A DNA stretch of 64,000 nucleotides from positions 2,294,001 through 2,358,000 of the forward strand of contig OZ024740.1 in assembly GCA_964016885.1 (NCBI GenBank), read 5' to 3'. The notes beneath the pieces are model-generated. The model had not been told where the DNA came from, searched no databases, and saw only the letters and a list, made by a program, of their open reading frames with translations. Positions 1-9,679 of this stretch are shown here, in pieces. The translations under genes and the position numbers were made by a program. The first letter of the stretch is position 1. The number at the start of each line of letters is the position of its first letter. The stretch is from Eledone cirrhosa (Eukaryota).

Positions 1-101
1 AGACAAAGCTTTCCTCGACGGGATTTGAACTCAGAAGATAAAGGGCTGTAACTCTATGCCATGAAACATTGTCCAATGCTTTATCGATTCTACCAATCCA
101 C
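1..101 (-). mobile_element. Decayed tRNA-derived SINE, 5' head only (continues off the window to the left); resembles octopus SINE families
   Basis: The minus strand has an A-box-like TGGTAGAATCG (95-85) and a B-box GAGTTCAAATCC (32-21) in Pol III order, with no complete cloverleaf. The plus-strand text (..CAAAG..CCTCGACGGGATTTGAACTCAGAA..AAAG..CATT..GTCC..CGATTCTACCAAT) resembles, from my recollection and not from a search, an abundant octopus SINE. Confidence 0.65.
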
Positions 102-147
102 AGACCTACGTCCATCAATACCACACATATATAGTGTAGGTGATTCA

Positions 148-189
148 GTGAATTACTGATGATGGTACCAATATCAGAACTCGATGCAC
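148..189 (+). ncRNA. Degenerate hammerhead-like motif (probably inactive)
   Basis: CTGATGA (156-162), stem II TGGTA-ccaa-TATCA (163-176, 5 pairs including one G.U), then GAAC-TCGA (177-184) instead of GAAA. Stem I pairing is weak and stem III and the cleavage triplet are unclear. Confidence 0.3.
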
Positions 190-399
190 AGGCAGAGTAT
201 GTCTTTATGGAGTATTAAGTATCAATCACAGATGATTGGCTTAAGGTCACCTATAGAAGTTAAGGACCCGACTCCAATGGTGATTGAACAAAAATAAACC
301 AAACCAAACACTCTATTTTTTGTGTCCAAGTAAGCGATTAACTGGGAGTAAGAGGCTCCTAGTTCTTGTAAGGACATCATTTTAGAAGGAAAACTCTGA

Positions 400-643
400 T
401 GTAAAACATGCAATTCGATGGCAGCCAATTGTTGACTTGTTCTTCTTTTTTGATAGCTGTCACTGTTGTTCAGAGAGTTGGCCCAGTGCAACGTCTTTCT
501 TTACTTAAAAAAGCTTCAAAAACATTTGATCTGAATGACTTTCATATATGTTGCATGAGCATGAACGTTTCTTTTTTCATTCACTGCACCATATGCAGAA
601 AGGAATATAAGTCCTTGGGGAGCTAAAAGATCATGTTTAACAC
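400..643 (+). pseudogene. Possible decayed C2H2 zinc-finger coding fragment
   Basis: Three CxxC motifs in three different plus frames: CKTC (400-411), CHCC-SES-W-PSATS-F-FT-stop (from 458) and CTIC-RKE-Y-KSLG[E]-L-KD-H-V-stop-H (585-643, needs one extra base in the G run at 617-620). The last matches C-x2-C-x3-(F/Y)-x5-L-x2-H spacing. Multiple stops and frameshifts. Confidence 0.25.
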
Positions 644-709
644 CTCAGTATGCAGATTGGAGCACTCGACGAAGTGCGCAGGTTGGTTTGGTTACTCCGG
701 AGTAGTGTA

Positions 710-926
710 AAATAAACAAAAATAAATAAGTCAAATATTTAAAATTTGGCTTCGTTTATTACTGCTATATATATTTCGGTGACAGCCATCTTTGGCTGTG
801 ACCTCTTCAGGCAGTCCGAATTAGTGTGGTAGAGACAGGTATACATGTTGTTGAGGTGTTTAACTTTGGTCAATACTCTGATATGCCCAGTTCCTGGTTG
901 GCTTGTTATTTCACTGAGGAACTGGA
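710..926 (-). mobile_element. Probable Penelope-like element terminal-repeat (pLTR) remnant carrying the hammerhead; boundaries approximate
   Basis: A minimal type I hammerhead is followed by AATAAA and a T-rich tract and abuts an (AT)n microsatellite at 927. There is also a 9-bp inverted repeat CCAGTTCCT (887-895)/AGGAACTGG (917-925). No RT or GIY-YIG coding sequence was recognised, so the assignment is inferred from the ribozyme type. Confidence 0.4.
761..815 (-). ncRNA. Type I hammerhead ribozyme with minimal stem III (Penelope-like element/retrozyme type)
   Basis: Minus strand reads ACUGC CUGAAGA GGU-C-ACAGCCA-aaga-UGGCUGU-C-ACC GAAA U-auau-A-U-A GCAGU. Core CUGANGA/GAAA/UH is intact, stem I is a perfect 5 bp (ACUGC/GCAGU), stem II has 10 bp closed by G-C, and stem III is one pair plus a palindromic loop. 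Predicted cleavage is after AUA, between 766 and 765. AAUAAA follows immediately (760-755). Confidence 0.85.
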
Positions 927-941
927 ATATATATATATATA
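927..941. repeat. (AT)7 microsatellite
   Basis: ATATATATATATATA read directly. Confidence 0.9.
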
Positions 942-950
942 AGTAGAAAT

Positions 951-951
<1 letters not shown>

Positions 952-1009
<58 letters not shown>
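952..1009. repeat. (CA)29 microsatellite
   Basis: Perfect CA run of 58 nt. Confidence 0.98.
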
Positions 1010-1011
<2 letters not shown>

Positions 1012-1050
1012 TTGAGATCAAATAACCAATTTAGACTTATAACATAATTT

Positions 1051-1139
1051 CACCCTACAAAAGTTTCAATGTATAACAGCAGGCCATACCTCGATATACA
1101 CCGGGCATTAGTCTGCTGGTCTACATATCTTCAGGAATA
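1051..1139 (-). ncRNA. Type I hammerhead ribozyme motif with a long (60-nt) stem II, partly decayed
   Basis: Minus strand reads UAUUC CUGAAGA [U AUGUA GAC CAGCAG A CUA A UGCC CGGU guau AUCG A GGUA UGG C CUGCUG UUA UACAU U] GAAA C-uuuu-G-U-A GGGUG. The core is intact with a GUA triplet and predicted cleavage between 1056 and 1055. Stem II folds as nested helices (AUGUA/UACAU, CAGCAG/CUGCUG, CUA/UGG, UGCC/GGUA, CGGU/AUCG). Defects are a U.U pair at the base of stem II and three G.U pairs in stem I. Confidence 0.7.
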
Positions 1140-1205
1140 CAAATATTGCTGGTATAAGCATCAACATAAAAACATGCAAAATGTAACTTCATATTACAGA
1201 TTAGA

Positions 1206-1283
1206 CTCTCTCTCTATATATATCTATGTATCATCATCATCATCACCATTTTACGTGATGATGATGATGATGATGATATATAT
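1206..1283. repeat. Compound microsatellite (CT)n-(AT)n-(ATC)5 ... (GAT)7-(AT)n forming an inverted repeat
   Basis: ATCATCATCATCATCAC (1230-1246) is the exact reverse complement of GTGATGATGATGATGAT (1255-1271), with an 8-nt loop CATTTTAC. Confidence 0.9.
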
Positions 1284-4200
1284 GTGAAGCAGTCATGTAG
1301 GTGTCACAATAACAAGTACCCAGCCCACACTGTAAAGTGGTCATGTAGGTGTCACAATAACAAGTACCCAGTCCACACTGTAAAGTGGTCATGTAGGTGT
1401 CACAATAACAAGTATCCAGTCCACACTGTAAAGTGGTCATGAAGGTGTCACAATAAAAAGTACCCAGTCCACACTGTAAAGTGGTCATGTAGGTGTCACA
1501 ATAACAAGTACCCAGTCCACACTGTAAAGTGGTCATGTAGGTGTCACAATAACAAGTACCCAGTCCACACTGTAAAGTGGTCATGTAGGTGTCACAATAA
1601 AAAGTACCCAGTCCACACTGTAAAGTGGTCATGTAGGTGTCACAATAAAAAGTACCCAGTCCACACTGTAAAGTGGTCATGTAGGTGTCACAATAAAAAG
1701 TACCCAGTCCACACTGTAAAGTGGTCATGTAGGTGTCACAATAAAAAGTACCCAGTCCACACTGTAAAGTGGTCATGTAGGTGTCACAATAAAAAGTACC
1801 CAGTCCACACTGTAAAGTGGTCATGTAGGTGTCACAATAACAAGTACCCAGCCCACACTGTAAAGTGGTCATGTAGGTGTCACAATAACAAGTACCCAGT
1901 CCACACTGTAAAGTGGTCATGTAGGTGTCACAATAACAAGTATCCAGTCCACACTGTAAAGTGGTCATGAAGGTGTCACAATAAAAAGTACCCAGTCCAC
2001 ACTGTAAAGTGGTCATGTAGGTGTCACAATAACAAGTACCCAGTCCACACTGTAAAGTGGTCATGTAGGTGTCACAATAACAAGTACCCAGTCCACACTG
2101 TAAAGTGGTCATGTAGGTGTCACAATAACAAGTATCCAGTCCACACTGTAAAGTGGTCATGTAGGTGTCACAATAAAAAGTACCCAGTCCACACTGTAAA
2201 GTGGTCATGTAGGTGTCACAATAAAAAGTACCCAGTCCACACTGTAAAGTGGTCATGTAGGTGTCACAATAAAAAGCACCCAGTCCACACTGTAAAGTGG
2301 TCATGTAGGTGTCACAATAAAAAGTACCCAGTCCACACTGTAAAGTGGTCATGTAGGTGTCACAATAAAAAGTACCCAGCCCACACTGTAAAGTGGTCAT
2401 GTAGGTGTCACAATAAAAAGTATCCAGTCCACACTCTAAAGTGGTCATGAAGGTGTCACAATAAAAAGTACCCAGTCCACACTGTAAAGTGGTCATGTAG
2501 GTGTCACAATAAAAAGTATCCAGTCCACACTGTAAAGTGGTCATGTAGGTGTCACAATAAAAAGCACCCAGTCCACACTGTAAAGTGGTCATGTAGATGT
2601 CACAATAAAAAGTACCTGGTCCTCACTATAAAGTGGTCATGTAGGTGTCACAATAAAAAGTACCCAGTCCACACTGTAAAGTGGTCATGTAGGTGTCACA
2701 ATAACAAGTACCCAGTCCACACTGTAAAGTGGTCATGTAGGTGTCACAAAAAAAAGTACCCAGTTCACACTATAAAGTGGTCATGTAGGTGTCACAATAA
2801 AAAGTATCCAGTCCACACTATAAAGTGGTCATGAAGGTGTCACAATAAAAAGTACCCAGTCCACACTGTAAAGTGGTCATGTAGGTGTCACAATAATAAG
2901 TACCTGGTCCTCACTATAAAGTGGTCATGTAGGTGTCACAATAAAAAGTATCCAGTCCACACTGTAAAGTAATCATGTAGGTGTCACAATAAAAAGTACC
3001 TGGTCCTCACTATAAAGTGGTCATGTAGGTGTCACAATAAAAAGTACCCAGTCCTCACTATAAAGTGGTCATGAAGGTGTCACAATAAAAAGTACCCAGT
3101 CCACACTATAAAGTGGTCATGTAGGTGTCACAATAAAAAGTATCCAGTCCACACTATAAAGTGGTCATGAAGGTGTCACAATAAAAAGTACCCAGTCCAC
3201 ACTGTAAAGTGGTCATGTAGGTGTCACAATAAAAAGTACCTGGTCCTCACTATAAAGTGGTCATGTAGGTGTCACAATAAAAAGTACCCAGTCCACACTG
3301 TAAAGTGGTCATGTAGGTGTCACAATAACAAGTATACAGTCAACACTGTAAAGTGGTCATGTAGGTGTCACAATAAAAAGTATCCAGTCCACACTATAAA
3401 GTGGTCATGAAGGTGTCACAATAAAAAGTACCCAGTCCACACTATAAAGTGGTCATGTAGGTGTCACAATAACAAGTACCCAGTCCACACTGTAAAGTGG
3501 TCATGTAGGTGTCACAATAACAAGTACCCAGCCCACACTATAAAGTGGTCATGTAGGTGTCACAATAACAAGTACCCAGTCCACACTGTAAAGTGGTCAT
3601 GTAGGTGTCACAATAAAAAGTATCCAGCCCACACTATAAAGTGGTCATGTAGGTGTCACAATAAAAAGTATCCAGCCCACACTATAAAGTGGTCATGTAG
3701 GTGTCACAATAAAAAGTATCCAGCCCACACTGTAAAGTGGTCATGTAGGTGTCACAATAACAAGTACCCAGTCCACACTGTAAAGTGGTCATGTAGGTGT
3801 CACAATAACAAGTATCCAGCCCACACTATAAAGTGGTCATGTAGGTGTCACAATAAAAAGTATCCAGTCCACACTGTAAAGTGGTCATGTAGGTGTCACA
3901 ATAAAAAGTATCCAGCCCACACTATAAAGTGTTCATGTAGGTGTCACAATAACAAGTATCCAGCCCACACTGTAAAGTGGTCATGTAGGTGTCACAATAA
4001 CAAGTACCCAGCCCACACTATAAAGTGGTCATCTAGGTGACACAATAAAAAGTATCCAGTCCACACTATAAAGTGGTCATGTAGGTGTCACAATAAAAAG
4101 TATCCAGTCCACACTGTAAAGTGGTCATGAAGGTGTCACAATAAAAAGTACCCAGTCCACACTATAAAGTGGTCATGTAGGTGTCACAATAAAAAGTATC

Positions 4201-7200
4201 CAGTCCACACTGTAAAGTGGTCATGTAGGTGTCACAATAAAAAGTACCTGGTCCTCACTATAAAGTGGTCATGTAGGTGTCACAATAAAAAGTATCCAGC
4301 CCACACTGTAAAGTGGTCATGTAGGTATCACAATAAAAAGTACCCAGCCCACACTGTAAAGTGGTCATGTAGGTGTCACAATAACAAGTATCCAGCCCAC
4401 ACTGTAAAGTGGTCATGTAGGTGTCACAATAAAAAGTATCCAGCCCACACTGTAAAGTGGTCATGTAGGTGTCACAATAAAAAGTATCCAGCCCACACTG
4501 TAAAGTGATCATGTAGGTGTCACAATAAAAAGTACCCAGCCCACACTATAAAGTGGTCATGTAGGTGTCACAATAAAAAGTACCCAGTCCACACTGTAAA
4601 GTGGTCATGTAGGTGTCACAATAAAAAGTATCCAGCCCACACTGTAAAGTGGTCATGTAGGTGTCACAATAAAAAGTACCTGGTCCTCACTGTAAAGTGG
4701 TCATGTAGGTGTCACAATAACAAGTATCCAGCCCACACTGTAAAGTGGTCATGTAGGTGTCACAATAAAAAGTACCCAGTCCACACTGTAAAGTGGTCAT
4801 GTAGGTGTCACAATAAAAAGTATCCAGCCCACACTGTAAAGTGATCATGTAGGTGTCACAATAAAAAGTACCCAGCCCACACTATAAAGTGGTCATGTAG
4901 GTGTCACAATAAAAAGTACCCAGTCCACACTGTAAAGTGGTCATGTAGGTGTCACAATAAAAAGTATCCAGCCCACACTGTAAAGTGGTCATGTAGGTGT
5001 CACAATAAAAAGTACCTGGTCCTCACTATAAAGTGGTCATGTAGGTGTCACAATAAAAAAGTATCCAGCCCACACTGTAAAGTGGTCATGTAGGTGTCAC
5101 AATAAAAAGTATCCAGTCCACACTGTAAAGTGGTCATGTAGGTGTCACAATAAAAAGTACCTGGTCCTCACTATAAAGTGGTCATGTAGGTGTCACAATA
5201 AAAAGCACCTCGTCCTCACTATAAAGTGGTCATGTAGGTGTCACAATAAAAAGTATCCAGCCCACACTATAAAGTGGTCATGTAGGTGTCACAATAAAAA
5301 GTACCCAGTCCACACTGTAAAGTGGTCATGTAGGTGTCACAATAACAAGTACCCAGTCCACACTGTAAAGTGGTCATGTAGGTGTCACAATAAAAAGTAC
5401 CTGGTCCTCACTATAAAGTGGTCATGTAGGTGTCACAATAAAAAGTATCCATGTCCACACTATAAAGTGGTCATGTAGGTGTCACTATAAAAAGCACCTG
5501 GTCCTCACTATAAAGTGGTCATGTAGGTGTCACAATAAAAAGTACCCAGTCCACACTGTGAAGTGGTCATGTAGGTGTCACAATAACAAGTACCCTGCCC
5601 ACACTGTAAAGTGGTCATGTATGTGTCACAAAAAAAAGTACCCAGTCCACACTATAAAGTGGTCATGTAGGTGTCACAATAAAAAGTATCCAGTCCACAC
5701 TATAAAGTGGTCATGAAGGTGTCACAATAAAAAGTACCCAGTCCACACTGTAAAGTGGTCATGTAGGTGACACAATAATAAGTACCTGGTCCTCACTATA
5801 AAGTGGTCATGTAGGTGTCACAATAAAAAGTATCCAGTCCACACTGTAAAGTGGTCATGTAGGTGTCACAATAAAAAGTACCTGGTCCTCACTATAAAGT
5901 GGTCATGTAGGTGTCACGATAAAAAGTACCCAGTCCTCACTATAAAGTGGTCATGAAGGTGTCACAATAAAAAGTACCCAGTCCACACTATAAAGTGGTC
6001 ATGTAGGTGTCACAATAAAAAGTATTCATGTCCACACTATAAAGTGGTCATGTAGGTGTCACAATAAAAAGTACCCAGTCCACACTGTAAAGTGGTCATG
6101 TAGGTGTCACAATAAAAAGTACCTGCTCCTCACTATAAAGTGGTCATGTAGGTGTCACAATAAAAAGTACCCAGTCCACACTGTAAAGTGGTCATGTAGG
6201 TGTCACAATAACAAGTATACAGTCAACACTGTAAAGTGGTCATGTAGGTGTCACAATAAAAAGTATCCAGTCCACACTATAAAGTGGTCATGAAGGTGTC
6301 ACAATAAAAAGTACCCAGTCCACACTATAAAGTGGTCATGTAGGTGTCACAATAAAAAGTACCCAGCCAACACTATAAAGTGGTCATGTAGGTGTCACAA
6401 TAAAAAGTATCCAGTCCACACTATAAAGTGGTCATGTAGGTGTCACAATAACAAGTATCCAGCCCACACTGTAAAGTGGTCATGTAGGTGTCACAATAAC
6501 AAGTACCCAGCCCACACTATAAAGTAGTCATGTAGGTGTCACAATAAAAAGTATCCAGTCCACACTATAAAGTGGTCATGTAGGTGTCACAATAAAAAGT
6601 ATCCAGTCCACACTGTAAAGTGGTCATGAAGGTGTCACAATAAAAAGTACCCAGTCCACACTATAAAGTGGTCATGTAGGTGTCACAATAAAAAGTATCC
6701 AGTCCACACTGTAAAGTGGTCATGTAGGTGTCACAATAAAAAGTACCTGGTCCTCACTATAAAGTGGTCATGTAGGTGTCACAATAAAAAGTATCCAGCC
6801 CACACTGTAAAGTGGTCATGTAGGTGTCACAATAACAAGTACGCAGCCCACACTGTAAAGTGGTCATGTAGGTGTCACAATAACAAGTATCCAGCCCATA
6901 CTGTAAAGTGGTCATGTAGGTATCACAATAAAAAGTATCCAGCCCACACTGTAAAGTGGTCATGTAGGTGTCACAATAAAAAGTACCCAGTCCACACTGT
7001 AAAGTGGTCATGTAGGTGTCACAATAAAAAGTACCCAGCCCACACTGTAAAGTGATCATGTAGGTGTCACAATAAAAAGTACCCAGCCCACACTATATAG
7101 TGGTCATGTAGGTGTCACAATAAAAAGTACCCAGTCCACACTGTAAAGTGGTCATGTAGGTGTCACAATAAAAAGTATCCAGCCCACACTGTAAAGTGGT

Positions 7201-8680
7201 CATGTAGGTGTCACAATAAAAAGTACCTGGTCCTCACTATAAAGTGGTCATGTAGGTGTCACAATAAAAAGTATCCAGCCCACACTGTAAAGTGGTCATG
7301 TAGGTGTCACAATAAAAAGTATCCAGTCCACACTGTAAAGTGGTCATGTAGGTGTCACAATAAAAAGTACCTGGTCCTCACTATAAAGTGGTCATGTAGG
7401 TGTCACAATAAAAAGCACCTGGTCCTCACTATAAAGTGGTCATGTAGGTGTCACAATAAAAAGTATCCAGCCCACACTATAAAGTGGTCATGTAGGTGTC
7501 ACAATAAAAAGTATCCAGTCCACACTGTAAAGTGGTCATGTAGGTGTCACAATAACAAGTACCCAGTCCACACTGTAAAGTGGTCATGTAGGTGTCACAA
7601 TAAAAAGTACCTGGTCCTCACTATAAAGTGGTGATGTAGGTGTCACAATAAAAAGTACCTGGTCCTCACTATAAAGTGGTCATGTAGGTGTCACAATAAC
7701 AAGTATCCAGCCCACACTGTAAAGTGGTCATGTAGGTGTCACAATAACAAGTATCCAGCCCACACTGTAAAGTGGTCATGTAGGTGTCACAATAAAAAGT
7801 ACCCAGTCCACACTGTAAAGTGGTCATGTAGGTGTCACAATAAAAAGTATCCAGTCCACACTGTAAAGTGGTCATGTAGGTGTCACAATAAAAAGTATCC
7901 AGTCCACACTGTAAAGTGGTCATGTAGGTGTCACAATAAAAAGTACCCAGTCCACACTGTAAAGTGGTCATTTAGGTGTCACAATAAAAAGTACCTGGTC
8001 CTCACTATAAAGTGGTCATGTAGGTGTCACAATAAAAAGTACCCAGTCCACACTGTAAAATGGTCATGTAGGTGTCACGATAAAAAGTACCCAGTCCTCA
8101 CTATAAAGTGGTCATGAAGGTGTCACAATAAAAAGTACTCAGTCCACACTATAAAGTGGTCATGGAGGTGTCACAATAAAAAGTATCCATGTCCACACTA
8201 TAAAGTGGTCATGTAGGAGTCACAATAAAATGTACCCAGTCCACACTGTAAAGTGGTCATGTAGGTGTCACAATAAAAAGTACCTGCTCCTCACTATAAA
8301 GTGGTCATGTAGGTGTCACAATAAAAAGTACCCAGTCCACACTGTAAAGTGGTCATGTAGGTGTCACAATAACAAGTATACAGTCCACACTATGAAGTGG
8401 TCATGAAGGTGTCACAATAAAAAGTACCCAGTCCACACTATAAAGTGGTCATGTAGGTGTCACAATAAAAAGTACCCAGCCAACACTATAAAGTGGTCAT
8501 GTAGGTGTCACAATAAAAAGTATCCAGTCCACACTATAAAGTGGTCATGTAGGTGTCACAATAACAAGTATCCAGCCCACACTGTAAAGTGGTCATGTAG
8601 GTGTCACAATAACAAGTACCCAGCCCACACTATAAAGTAGTCATGTAGGTGTCACAATAAAAAGTATCCAGTCCACACTA

Positions 8681-9679
8681 TAAAGTGGTCATGTAGGTGT
8701 CACAATAAAAAGTATCCAGTCCACACTGTAAAGTGGTCATGAAGGTGTCACAATAAAAAGTACCCAGTCCACACTATAAAGTGGTCATGTAGGTGTCACA
8801 ATAAAAAGTACCCAGCCAACACTATAAAGTGGTCATGTAGGTGTCACAATAAAAAGTATCCAGCCCACACTGTAAAGTGGTCATGTAGGTGTCACAATAA
8901 CAAGTACGCAGCCCACACTGTAAAGTGGTCATGTAGGTGTCACAATAACAAGTATCCAGCCCATACTGTAAAGTGGTCATGTAGGTGTCACAATAAAAAG
9001 TATCCAGCCCACACTGTAAAGTGGTCATGTAGGTGTCACAATAACAAGTATACAGTCCACACTATAAAGTGGTCATGAAGGTGTCACAATAAAAAGTACC
9101 CAGTCCACACTATAAAGTGGTCATGTAGGTGTCACAATAAAAAGTACCCAGTCCACACTGTAAAGTGGTCATGTAGGTGTCACAATAAAAAGTATCCAGT
9201 CCACACTGTAAAGTGGTCATGAAGGTGTCACAATAAAAAGTACCCAGTCCACACTATAAAGTGGTCATGTAGGTGTCACAATAAAAAGTACCCAGCCAAC
9301 ACTATAAAGTGGTCATGTAGGTGTCACAATAAAAAGTATCCAGCCCACACTGTAAAGTGGTCATGTAGGTGTCACAATAACAAGTACGCAGCCCACACTG
9401 TAAAGTGGTCATGTAGGTGTCACAATAACAAGTATCCAGCCCATACTGTAAAGTGGTCATGTAGGTGTCACAATAAAAAGTATCCAGCCCACACTGTAAA
9501 GTGGTCATGTAGGTGTCACAATAACAAGTATACAGTCCACACTATAAAGTGGTCATGAAGGTGTCACAATAAAAAGTACCCAGTCCACACTATAAAGTGG
9601 TCATGTAGGTGTCACAATAAAAAGTACCCAGTCCACACTGTAAAGTGGTCATGTAGGTGTCACAATAAAAAGTATCCAG
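8681..9679. repeat. Exact tandem duplication of a 10-monomer (480-bp) block inside the array
   Basis: Lines 8701-9180 and 9181-9660 are identical, including the rare variants CCAGCCAAC, GTACGCAG, CCCATACTG and GTATACAG. ORFs at 8822 and 9302 are identical at offset 480. Confidence 0.9.

Noticed and set aside
15-101. Functional tRNA gene
   Set aside because: A- and B-box-like motifs are present, but acceptor and anticodon stems cannot be formed. A SINE head explains it better.
222-626. Short ORFs 222-491 (-) and 408-626 (+) as genes
   Set aside because: They are short and overlapping with no intact domain. Only a possible decayed zinc-finger trace is retained, at low confidence.
613-640. Tc1/mariner-like WGxLKDxVY motif (TGG GGA G CTA AAA GAT CAT GTT TAA)
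   Set aside because: It needs a frameshift and a stop correction, and there is no upstream SPDL motif and no terminal inverted repeats.
914-930. Plus-strand CTGAGGA as another hammerhead core
   Set aside because: No stem II followed by GAAA. The bases are part of a simple 9-bp inverted repeat.
739-1008. 89-aa minus-strand ORF beginning with (CV)n
   Set aside because: It is the translation of the (CA)29 and (AT)n microsatellites running into the hammerhead.
1069-1287. 72-aa plus-strand ORF with poly-S and poly-M
   Set aside because: The low-complexity tail comes from ATC/GAT microsatellites and no domain is recognisable.
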